The notes under the pieces: generated by a model
What the model saw: the letters and a program-made list of their open reading frames with translations, nothing else
Told to the model about the DNA's origin: nothing
Databases searched by the model: none
DNA from: Mycolicibacterium smegmatis
Lineage (GTDB): Bacteria; Actinomycetota; Actinomycetes; Mycobacteriales; Mycobacteriaceae
Direction: 5' to 3'
Length of the DNA stretch: 32,000 bases
Assembly: GCF_001457595.1 (NCBI RefSeq)
Contig: NZ_LN831039.1
Span: 4,680,001-4,712,000 of the forward strand
Shown here: piece by piece, positions 17,957 through 25,469 of the stretch
Layout of the letters: each line of letters starts with the position of its first letter
How positions within the stretch are numbered: the stretch's first letter is position 1
Program-made: the position numbers and the translations under genes

Positions 17957-19294
17957 TCACCCCGCGCTCAACGCAGGTGCGGTTGGGGTGTGCTCGGGTA
18001 AGCCGAGGTGGCCACGCAGCGTCGTGGACTCGTACTCGTGGCGGAACAACCCGCGACGCCGGAGCTCGGGCACCACGTGTTCGGCGAAGCGCTGCAGGCC
18101 GTCCGGATAGACGTCGAAGTTCAGGTTGAACCCATCGGCGGCATATCCGTTGAGCCACTGGGCCATGTCGTCGGCGATCTGTTCGGGGGTGCCGACCACC
18201 ATGCGGTGCGCGCCGCCGTTGCGGTCGATGAGTTCACGGATGGTCAGGCCCGACCGCAGCGCGAAACTGACGGTGGTGTTGAGGAATCCGTGCGAGGTCT
18301 GCACCGATCGGGTGTCGCCGAGACACCTCGGATCCAGCGGCTTGTCGAGGTGCAGATCGTCGACCGCCACCCCGAGTTGGTGCGCCAGACGGCGCAGTTC
18401 GCGCCCGTAGTCGAGTTGCTCGTTGAACTCGCGCAGTCTGCTCAGCGCCTCGGCCTCGGTGGATCCGACCACGGGGAACAGTCCGGGCAGCACCAGCACC
18501 GAGCCTGCAGGCCTGCCGTGACCACGGGCCCTGGCGGCCATGTCGGCGTAGAACTGCTGCGCCTCGGAGAACACCGTCTGCACCGTGAACACCACGTCGG
18601 CCCACCGGGCCGCGAGATTCTTGCCCTGCTCGGAGGACCCGGCCTGCACCAGCACCGGCCTGCCCTGCGGTGTGCGGGGCACGTTGAGGGGCCCACCCAC
18701 GCGGTAGTGGGCGCCGACGTGGTCGACGCCGGGAATCGGTTCGGGCCCGCTGAAGACACCCGTGGCGGCGTCCGGTCGCAGCCCGTCGGCCGGCCACGAG
18801 TCCCAAAGTTTGGTGACGACGTCGACGAACTCGTCGGCCTGCGCGTAACGCTCGTCGTGGCCGGGTATGCCCTCGACGCCGAAGTTGGCCGCCGCCTGCG
18901 GGTGCATGGTGGTGACGATGTTCCAAGCGACCCGTCCGCGGCTCAGGTGGTCCAGCGACGCGAACCGCCGGGCCAACTCGTACGGTGCGTTGAAAGTGGT
19001 TGACGCCGTGCCGATCAGGCCGATGCGGCTGGTGGCCTGCGCGACTGTCGCGAGCACCACGGTCGGATCCAGCGACTGCCACGGCTTGGTGGGCGGGTTG
19101 TCGGCGAGCGCGGGCCAGTCCGACAGGAAGACCGCGTCGAACGTGGCGCGCTCGGCGATCTGGCCGATCTCGACGAAGTAGTCGGGGGTCAGAAAGGCCA
19201 GCGGATCGCGCTGATGACGCCAGGCACTCGGATGCTTGCCCGCATCGGTGATGTTGGCGTTCAGGTGCAATTGACGGGCGGGTTGTGTGGTCAC
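17957..19294 (-). CDS. FMNH2-dependent luciferase-like monooxygenase, NtaA/SnaA/DszA family
   Basis: The start is set at the internal GTG 19294, giving VTTQPARQLHLNANITDAGKHPSAWRH. This aligns with the DszA/NtaA N-terminus as I recall it and gives 445 aa. The track's 539-aa version adds an implausible R/S/C-rich extension that overlaps the divergent gene. Confidence 0.8.
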   Translation of the reverse strand: MTTQPARQLHLNANITDAGKHPSAWRHQRDPLAFLTPDYFVEIGQIAERATFDAVFLSDWPALADNPPTKPWQSLDPTVVLATVAQATSRIGLIGTASTTFNAPYELARRFASLDHLSRGRVAWNIVTTMHPQAAANFGVEGIPGHDERYAQADEFVDVVTKLWDSWPADGLRPDAATGVFSGPEPIPGVDHVGAHYRVGGPLNVPRTPQGRPVLVQAGSSEQGKNLAARWADVVFTVQTVFSEAQQFYADMAARARGHGRPAGSVLVLPGLFPVVGSTEAEALSRLREFNEQLDYGRELRRLAHQLGVAVDDLHLDKPLDPRCLGDTRSVQTSHGFLNTTVSFALRSGLTIRELIDRNGGAHRMVVGTPEQIADDMAQWLNGYAADGFNLNFDVYPDGLQRFAEHVVPELRRRGLFRHEYESTTLRGHLGLPEHTPTAPALSAG

Positions 19295-19369
19295 GGGCCA
19301 TTCGATTCGTCGGGCATTCCTCGGACATCCCGACGCTACGAGCACACCTGTGCGCCGCCAACAGTTGAA

Positions 19370-19404
19370 CTCGCACTGCACGAAACTGTTTTGTGCACTG
19401 CGAG
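19370..19404. promoter_or_regulatory. Interrupted inverted repeat CTCGCACTGCAC-N11-GTGCACTGCGAG (11/12 complementary); candidate regulator binding site of the sulfur island
   Basis: The arms are at 19370-19381 and 19393-19404 and the spacer is gaaactgtttt. It sits in the only sizeable AT-richer gap (19295-19448) between the divergent LLM and SfnB-like genes, centred about 60 nt upstream of the predicted TSS of the plus-strand gene. Confidence 0.45.
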
Positions 19405-19435
19405 ATAAAGGGTCGGATAGCATCGGCCATTCCCC

Positions 19436-19441
19436 TAACCT
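19436..19441 (+). promoter_or_regulatory. Candidate -10 hexamer TAACCT, 7 nt upstream of ATG 19449 (leaderless-type promoter)
   Basis: taacct at 19436-19441, followed by ctcggcc and then ATG. Confidence 0.45.
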
Positions 19442-19448
19442 CTCGGCC

Positions 19449-20678
19449 ATGATCGTGCCCGCGCCCGAGCTGCGCACCGACCTGTCCGCCGAACAGTTCC
19501 TGGACGACCTGGCCGGCACCGCGGCTGTCATCGCGGGATCGGCCGCCGAGCGTGACGCCGAACGGCGATATCCCACTGCCGAATACGATGCGCTGCGTGA
19601 TGTCGGATTCTGGCGGCTGACCGTTCCCCGCGAGTACGGCGGTCTGGGGTTCGGATATCAGACGCTCATGTCGGCGGTCATCACGGTGGCCGCCGCCGAT
19701 GGCAGCCTGGGCCAGCTCCCGCAGAACCACTTCAACACCCTCGAACGCATCGCGCTGGCCGGTTCGGGCGATCTGCGCGCCCGCGTCTTCGGCCGCGTGG
19801 CCGAAGGTGCTGTGCTCGGCAACGCCACCGCCGAACCGCGGGAGCGCCCGCCGGGTGAGAACACGACCACGCTGCGCCGCAACGGCAAGACATACTGCCT
19901 CACCGGGCGCAAGGTGTACGCCACAGGCGCACTGCTCGGAGACATCATCGCGGTGCAGGCCCGCGACGAATCGGGTGAACTCGTGACGGCGCTGGTGGAC
20001 CGGTACGCCCACGGCGTCACGATCGTCGACGACTGGTCCGGATTCGGTCAGCGAACCACGGCGTCGGGCACCGCGGTGTTCGACGGCGTCGAGGTCGACG
20101 AGATCGACGTCTTGCGGTTCGGCAGCGATCCGCATCCGCGCTACCGCGCGTCGGCGCAGTCCCAGTTGCTGCACTGCGCGATCGACACCGGCATCGCGCA
20201 GGGTGCGTTCTCCGCGGCGGTGCGCCTGGCACACCAGGTACACGGTGGACGTGGCAGCGGCGCAGTCGAATTCGTCGACGACGTCCTCGGCGTCAGCCGG
20301 CTCGGCGAGCTGTGGATCACGGTCGAGGGCGCGCGGGCGATCGTCACGCAGGCCGCGCAGGCCCTCGACGCCCTGACCGACACCGATCCGCTCGCAAAGG
20401 TGCTCGACGCGTTCTACCGCGTGGCCGCGGCCAAGAAGATCTCGACCGAGGCCGCGTTGACAGTGACCGCGGCACTCATCGACATCGGCGGCGCCAGCTC
20501 GACGCGCACCGAGCTGCGACTCGATCGGTTCTGGCGCGATGCCCGCACGCACACCGTCCACGACGCGGTCCGCTGGAAGCCGTACTCGATCGGACGGCGT
20601 CTGCTCACCGGTGACGTCGCCGACGCGTGGAGCATCGCACACCCGTTCACCCCGGCCGAGGAACTCGAGCAGCCATGA
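19449..20678 (+). CDS. Acyl-CoA-dehydrogenase-fold flavoprotein, SfnB/DszC-like sulfur-acquisition oxidoreductase (paralogue 1)
   Basis: The start is set at ATG 19449 (MIVPAPELRTDLSAEQFLDDLAGTAAVIAGSAAERDAERRYP...), giving 409 aa. The ACAD-fold pattern is present (WSGFGQRTTASGT; DRFWRDARTHTVHD). The upstream part of the track ORF is low-complexity and overlaps the promoter region. Confidence 0.78.
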   Translation: MIVPAPELRTDLSAEQFLDDLAGTAAVIAGSAAERDAERRYPTAEYDALRDVGFWRLTVPREYGGLGFGYQTLMSAVITVAAADGSLGQLPQNHFNTLERIALAGSGDLRARVFGRVAEGAVLGNATAEPRERPPGENTTTLRRNGKTYCLTGRKVYATGALLGDIIAVQARDESGELVTALVDRYAHGVTIVDDWSGFGQRTTASGTAVFDGVEVDEIDVLRFGSDPHPRYRASAQSQLLHCAIDTGIAQGAFSAAVRLAHQVHGGRGSGAVEFVDDVLGVSRLGELWITVEGARAIVTQAAQALDALTDTDPLAKVLDAFYRVAAAKKISTEAALTVTAALIDIGGASSTRTELRLDRFWRDARTHTVHDAVRWKPYSIGRRLLTGDVADAWSIAHPFTPAEELEQP

Positions 20679-21937
20679 GCGCACCGCCGTACACCACCAC
20701 ACGTCTGATCCGCATCTCGGCGGACGAGGGTTTCGATCCGGCCCGGCGCTGGCCCGTGGCCACCGAATTCGGTGTCACCCACATCCTGGCCGACCTGGCA
20801 CGCCAGGCCGCCCACCGCGACGCCACACGGGAGTCACCGGCGGGCGACGTGCGCCGCCTGCAGCAGGCGGGCGTCCCCGCCCTGCGCCTGCCCACCGAAC
20901 TCGGCGGCCGCGGCATACCGCTCGCGCGATTGTTCGCCTTCGCCGCAGAACTCGCCGACGCCGATCCCAGTGTCGCGCATGCCCTTCGCAACCATTTCTG
21001 GTTCGTCGAGCAGGCGTTGCGCAGTGCGCCGGACAGTCCGCGGCGCGCCTATCTCGCCCGTGTCGCCGATGGCGACCTGATCGGCGGGTCGTTCGGTGAA
21101 CTGCACACCAGCAAGGCCGGCGACACCGACTTCTCCACCACGCTGGCACCGCACGGCGACGGCAGCGGAACCTACGTGCTCAACGGCGACAAGTTCTACA
21201 GCACCGGCAACATCTTCTGCGACGTGCTGATCGTCAAGGCCGTGTACCCCGACGGCACGCCGGTGACCGCGGCGGTTCCGGCCACCCGCGCCGGGGTCGA
21301 TCTCACCGACGACTGGGACGGCATCGGCCAACGCCTCACCGGCAGCGGGTCGACCCGGTTCCGCGATGTGACGGTCCATCCCCACGAGGTCGTGCCCGAC
21401 GACGAGTTCGCGCACGAAAAAGGGTCCTACACAGCGACCTTCCCGCAGCTGTACCTGACCACGGTGGTGGCGGGCATCCTCCGGACCATCACCGCCGACG
21501 CCGTGGAACTGGTGCGGGGACGACGGCGCAACTACTACCACGGCAGCAGTGACGAACCCCGACACGAGCCCGCCGTACAGTCGATCGTCGGACAGATCTC
21601 GGTCAACAGCCACGCCGCCGACGCCATCGTCGCCTCCGCGGCTCAGTCGCTCGAACGGGCGCGGGACACCGAAGGTCCCGCTCGCGACGAGGCCCTGCTG
21701 CAGGCGTCACTGGACGCCGCGCGCGCCAAGATCAGCGTCGACGAACTCGCGGCACGCACAGGCTGGCTGCTGTTCGAGACCGGCGGCGCCACCTCGGTTC
21801 GCACAGGCCTCAACCTCGACCGGCACTGGCGCAACGCGAGAACCCTCGCCTCACACAACCCCGACAGCTACAAGTTGCGCTACCTCGGCGACCATCTGCT
21901 CAACGGGGCGACACCGCCGACCGGGAGCTTCTTCTGA
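20675..21937 (+). CDS. Acyl-CoA-dehydrogenase-fold flavoprotein, SfnB/DszC-like (paralogue 2)
   Basis: The start is set at ATG 20675, overlapping the upstream stop (ATGA at 20675-20678), giving 420 aa. Blocks parallel to paralogue 1 include WDGIGQRLTGSGS and DRHWRNARTLASHN. Confidence 0.78.
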   Translation: MSAPPYTTTRLIRISADEGFDPARRWPVATEFGVTHILADLARQAAHRDATRESPAGDVRRLQQAGVPALRLPTELGGRGIPLARLFAFAAELADADPSVAHALRNHFWFVEQALRSAPDSPRRAYLARVADGDLIGGSFGELHTSKAGDTDFSTTLAPHGDGSGTYVLNGDKFYSTGNIFCDVLIVKAVYPDGTPVTAAVPATRAGVDLTDDWDGIGQRLTGSGSTRFRDVTVHPHEVVPDDEFAHEKGSYTATFPQLYLTTVVAGILRTITADAVELVRGRRRNYYHGSSDEPRHEPAVQSIVGQISVNSHAADAIVASAAQSLERARDTEGPARDEALLQASLDAARAKISVDELAARTGWLLFETGGATSVRTGLNLDRHWRNARTLASHNPDSYKLRYLGDHLLNGATPPTGSFF

Positions 21938-21944
21938 GATCGCG

Positions 21945-23987
21945 TCAGCCCTCGGGGATCTCGCGTTCGATCTCGTCGAGCCAGATGCGCGCCGACATGT
22001 CCGACGGTGCCCGCCAGTCGCCGCGCGGCGACAGCGCACCGCCGTGGGACACCTTGGGGCCGTTGGGCATCGCGGAGCGCTTGAACTGCGAGAACGAGTA
22101 GAACCGCTGCGCGAACACCTGCAGCCAGTGTCGAATGTCCTTGAGCGAGTAGGACGGTCGCTCGTCCTCGGGAAACCCGGGCGGCCAGTCGCCTGCGTTG
22201 ACATCGTGCCAGGCGTGCCAGGCGAGGAACGCGACCTTCGACGGCCGGAACCCGAAGCGCAGCACCTGGAACAACGAGAAATCCTGCAGCGCATACGGGC
22301 CGACCTTGGCCTCGCTGCTCTGGATCTCCTCGTCCTCGCCTGTGGGCACCAGCTCCGGGGTGATCTCGGTGTCGAGCACCGACTGCAGCACCTCGTTGAC
22401 CTCGTCGTCGAACTCACCCGAGGAGATCACCCAGCGGATCAGGTGCTGGATCAGGGTTTTGGGTACGCCGCCGTTGACGTTGTAGTGCGACATCTGGTCG
22501 CCGACACCGTATGTCGACCACCCGAGGGCGATCTCGGACAGGTCGCCGGTGCCCAGCACGATGCCGCCGCGCTGGTTGGCCAGCCGGAACAGATAGTCGG
22601 TGCGCAGGCCCGCCTGGACGTTCTCGAACGTGACGTCGTAGACCTTCTCGCCGCGGCCGAACGGGTGGTCCATCTCCGTGAGCATCAACTGCGCGGTCTG
22701 CTTGATGTCGATCTCTTCGAACGTCACGCCGAGGGCCTTGCTCAACCGGATGGCGTTGTTCTTGGTGCGGTCGCCCGTGGCGAACCCGGGCAGCGTGAAC
22801 GCCAGGATGTCGCTGCGCGGGCGGTTTTCGCGGTCCATGGCGCGTGCCGCCACGATCAACGCGTGCGTCGAATCCAGGCCGCCGGACACGCCGAGCACGA
22901 TCTTCGGGTATTTCAGCGCACGCAGGCGCTGTTCCAGGCCGGACACCTGGATGTTGTACGCCTCGTAGCAATCCTGTTGCAGCCGCTCGTAATTCGACGG
23001 CACGAACGGGAATCGCTCGACCTCGCGCAGCAGCCCGATGTCACCGGTGGGCGGGTCGAGCTGGAATTCGATGCGGCGGAACGCGTCCACAGCGGCGCCG
23101 TGGTGGCGGGCATTGTCGTCGAACGTGCCCATCCGCAGGCGTTCGGAACGGATCAGCTCCAGATCGACGTCGGCAACCGCGCGGCGCTCACCGCGCGGGA
23201 ACCGCTCACTTTCGGCGAGCAGGTTGCCGTTCTCCCAGATCATGGTCTGGCCGTCCCACGCGAGATCCGTCGTCGACTCCCCCTCGCCCGCGGCGGCGTA
23301 GACGTAGGCGGCCAGGCAGCGCGCCGATGCCGAGCGGGCCAGCAGGCTGCGGTCCTCGGCGCGACCCACGGTGATGGGGCTGCCCGACAGGTTCGCCAGC
23401 ACCGTGGCCCCGGCCAGCGCGGCCTGCGCACTGGGCGGCACCGGGACGAACATGTCCTCGCAGATCTCGACGTGCAGCACCAGGCCGGGCACGTCCGATG
23501 CCTCGAACAGCAGATCGGGTCCGAACGGCACCTCGGCGCCGGCCACCCGGATGGTGCCGCGAGCCTCGTCACCGGCAGCCATCTGCCTGCGCTCGTAGAA
23601 CTCGCGGTAGGTCGGCAGATACGACTTCGGCACGACGCCGAGCACCGCACCCCGGTGGATCACCACGGCGGTGTTGTAGATGCGGTGGCGGTGCCGCAGC
23701 GGCGCACCGACCACGATCACCGGGGTGAGCACCGACGACGCCGCGACGAGTTCGGTGAGCGCCTCCTCGACCGACTCCAGCAGCGTGTCCTGCAGCAGGA
23801 TGTCCTCGATCGAATACCCCGACAGTGTCAGCTCGGGGAACACCGCGACGGCGACGCCGTCGTCATGGCAGGCCTGCGCCATCCGCAACACCGATTCGGC
23901 GTTGGCGGGTGGGTCGGCCAGCGACGTGTGGTGGGTGCAGGCGGCGAGCCGCGCGAAACCATGCCGGTAGGCGCTGAAGAAGTCCAT
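21945..23987 (-). CDS. nadE: Glutamine-dependent NAD+ synthetase (nitrilase-type glutaminase domain + synthetase domain)
   Basis: The start is set at ATG 23987 (MDFFSAYRHGFARLAACTHH...), giving 680 aa and matching the mycobacterial NadE N-terminus as I remember it. It has the FPELTLSGYSIED, VEICEDMF and SGGLDSTHALIVA (P-loop SGGxDS) motifs. The track's 849-aa extension is antisense to the next gene and is rejected. Confidence 0.92.
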   Translation of the reverse strand: MDFFSAYRHGFARLAACTHHTSLADPPANAESVLRMAQACHDDGVAVAVFPELTLSGYSIEDILLQDTLLESVEEALTELVAASSVLTPVIVVGAPLRHRHRIYNTAVVIHRGAVLGVVPKSYLPTYREFYERRQMAAGDEARGTIRVAGAEVPFGPDLLFEASDVPGLVLHVEICEDMFVPVPPSAQAALAGATVLANLSGSPITVGRAEDRSLLARSASARCLAAYVYAAAGEGESTTDLAWDGQTMIWENGNLLAESERFPRGERRAVADVDLELIRSERLRMGTFDDNARHHGAAVDAFRRIEFQLDPPTGDIGLLREVERFPFVPSNYERLQQDCYEAYNIQVSGLEQRLRALKYPKIVLGVSGGLDSTHALIVAARAMDRENRPRSDILAFTLPGFATGDRTKNNAIRLSKALGVTFEEIDIKQTAQLMLTEMDHPFGRGEKVYDVTFENVQAGLRTDYLFRLANQRGGIVLGTGDLSEIALGWSTYGVGDQMSHYNVNGGVPKTLIQHLIRWVISSGEFDDEVNEVLQSVLDTEITPELVPTGEDEEIQSSEAKVGPYALQDFSLFQVLRFGFRPSKVAFLAWHAWHDVNAGDWPPGFPEDERPSYSLKDIRHWLQVFAQRFYSFSQFKRSAMPNGPKVSHGGALSPRGDWRAPSDMSARIWLDEIEREIPEG

Positions 23988-24044
23988 CACACCTATTGTT
24001 GCCCGCGAAGTGTCAAGATCGGGTGACGGGGTATCAACAAGTTC

Positions 24045-24584
24045 ATGAGCGATACCGCCGTCGTCATCGTCGACATGCTCAACACCTATGAGCACGAGGA
24101 CGCCGAACTCCTCGCCCCCAACGTCGAAAAGATCATCGATCCGCTGGTCAAGCTGATCGGAGAGGCCCGTGACCGCGAAGATGTCGACCTGATCTACGTC
24201 AACGACAACTACGGCGACTTCACCGCGCAGTTCAGCGACATCGTCGCCGACGCCCTGGACGGCAAGCGTCCGGACCTGGTGCGGCCGATCCTGCCCTACG
24301 ACGGTTGTCGCCTGCTCACGAAGGTGCGCCACAGCGTCTTCTACGCCACCGCGCTGGACTACCTGCTGGGCCGGTTGGGCACCAAACGCGTGATCCTGGC
24401 CGGTCAGGTCACCGAGCAGTGCATCCTCTACAGCGCGCTCGACGCCTACGTACGCCACTTCGAACTCGTGGTGCCCTCGGACGCGGTGGCCCACATCGAC
24501 GCCGAGCTGGGCAACGCCGCTTTGGAGATGATGCGCAGGAACATGAGCGCTGATGTGATCCCCGCCGTGGAGTGCCTGCGCTGA
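24045..24584 (+). CDS. Isochorismatase-family cysteine hydrolase, substrate unknown
   Basis: 179 aa with a candidate Asp-Lys-Cys triad at D10 (AVVIVDMLN), K93 (LLTKVRHSVFY) and C126 (AGQVTEQCILYSALDA). Confidence 0.8.
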   Translation: MSDTAVVIVDMLNTYEHEDAELLAPNVEKIIDPLVKLIGEARDREDVDLIYVNDNYGDFTAQFSDIVADALDGKRPDLVRPILPYDGCRLLTKVRHSVFYATALDYLLGRLGTKRVILAGQVTEQCILYSALDAYVRHFELVVPSDAVAHIDAELGNAALEMMRRNMSADVIPAVECLR

Positions 24585-24607
24585 CGCGCGGGTGACTTCG
24601 GAGCGCC

Positions 24608-24613
24608 TATCCT
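24608..24613 (+). promoter_or_regulatory. Candidate -10 hexamer TATCCT, 7 nt upstream of the sirtuin ATG (leaderless-type promoter)
   Basis: tatcct at 24608-24613, followed by cgagcca and then ATG at 24621. Confidence 0.45.
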
Positions 24614-24620
24614 CGAGCCA

Positions 24621-25469
24621 ATGGATGCCCCTGAACTGGTCGCCCTGTTACAGGGCCGTCGCATCGTGGCGCTCACGGGCGCCGGCATGTCGACCGACTC
24701 GGGTATCCCGGACTACCGCGGGCCCGATTCGCCGCCCAGCAACCCGATGACCATCCAGCAGTTCACCTCGGACCAGGTGTTCCGTCAGCGCTACTGGGCC
24801 CGCAACCACGTCGGGTGGCGGCACATGGACGAGACCCAGCCCAACGCCGGGCATCGCGCGCTGGCCGCCATGGAGGCCTCAGGCGTGGTCGCGGGTGTGA
24901 TCACGCAGAACGTGGATCTGCTGCACACCAAGGCGGGCAGTCGCGAGGTGATCAACCTGCACGGCACCTACGCGCAGGTGGTGTGCCTGAACCCGGACTG
25001 CGGGCACACCATGTCGCGCGCCGCGCTCGCGGTGATGCTGGAGGAGGCCAATCCGGGCTTCCTCGCGCGCGCCGAATCGGTGGGCGGTATCGCCGTGGCA
25101 CCCGACGCCGACGCGATGATCACCGACACCGCGTCGTTCGTGGTGGTCGACTGCCCGATGTGCGGCGGCATGCTCAAGCCCGACATCGTCTATTTCGGTG
25201 ACAGTGTCCCGAAAACTCGTGTGGAGCAGGCGTATTCGATGGTCGACGGCGCCGACGCCCTGCTGGTCGCCGGCTCGTCGCTCACGGTGTTCTCCGGTTA
25301 CCGGTTCGTCCGGCACGCCGCGGCGCGCGGCATCCCGGTGGGGATCGTCAACCGCGGGCCCACCCGCGGCGACGATCTGGCCGCGGTGAAGGTACACAGC
25401 GGCTGCTCGGAGATGCTGACGCTGCTGGCCGGTGAACTCACGAGAACGTACACGGCATCGCCCGGATAG
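24621..25469 (+). CDS. NAD+-dependent protein deacylase/ADP-ribosyltransferase, Sir2 family (class II, SIRT4-like)
   Basis: 282 aa with GAGMSTDSGIPDYRG, TQNVDLLHTKAG, the catalytic INLHG motif and Zn-ribbon cysteines CLNPDC ... CPMCGG. Confidence 0.88.
   Translation: MDAPELVALLQGRRIVALTGAGMSTDSGIPDYRGPDSPPSNPMTIQQFTSDQVFRQRYWARNHVGWRHMDETQPNAGHRALAAMEASGVVAGVITQNVDLLHTKAGSREVINLHGTYAQVVCLNPDCGHTMSRAALAVMLEEANPGFLARAESVGGIAVAPDADAMITDTASFVVVDCPMCGGMLKPDIVYFGDSVPKTRVEQAYSMVDGADALLVAGSSLTVFSGYRFVRHAAARGIPVGIVNRGPTRGDDLAAVKVHSGCSEMLTLLAGELTRTYTASPG

Noticed and set aside
23988-24044. A perfect TTGACA (complement of 24013-24018) upstream of nadE as its -35 element, and TATCAA (24032-24037) as the -10 for the isochorismatase gene.
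   Set aside because: TTGACA is followed at non-canonical spacing (15 nt) by TAGGTG, which lacks the conserved final T and would place the TSS inside the CDS. TATCAA also lacks the final T. The promoters are probably here, but I cannot place them.
23988-24494. 5' extensions of real genes in the ORF track: nadE as 849 aa, the LLM monooxygenase as 539 aa, rplU as 142 aa, rsfS as 183 aa, gpgP as 262 aa, SPFH as 316 aa, and the SfnB-like genes as 463 and 436 aa.
   Set aside because: The extensions are compositionally aberrant and overlap neighbouring genes or promoter regions. Internal starts coincide with conserved N-termini, ATGA/GTGA coupling junctions, SD sequences or TANNNT hexamers.
24045-24584. 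Calling the isochorismatase-family gene pncA (nicotinamidase).
   Set aside because: The Asp-Lys-Cys triad is present, but I could not find the Asp/His/His metal-binding motif typical of PncA. Only the superfamily assignment is supportable without an alignment.
24621-25469. The Sir2-domain gene as part of an anti-phage defence system (Thoeris ThsA, DSR, SIR2-HerA or SIR2-pAgo type).
   Set aside because: The protein is small (282 aa) and keeps the full deacylase sirtuin motif set, including the Zn-ribbon cysteines. It has no fused SLOG, TIR or Ago-type sensor domain and no HerA, pAgo or TIR partner nearby. The neighbours are metabolic genes, which fits a housekeeping-type class II sirtuin.
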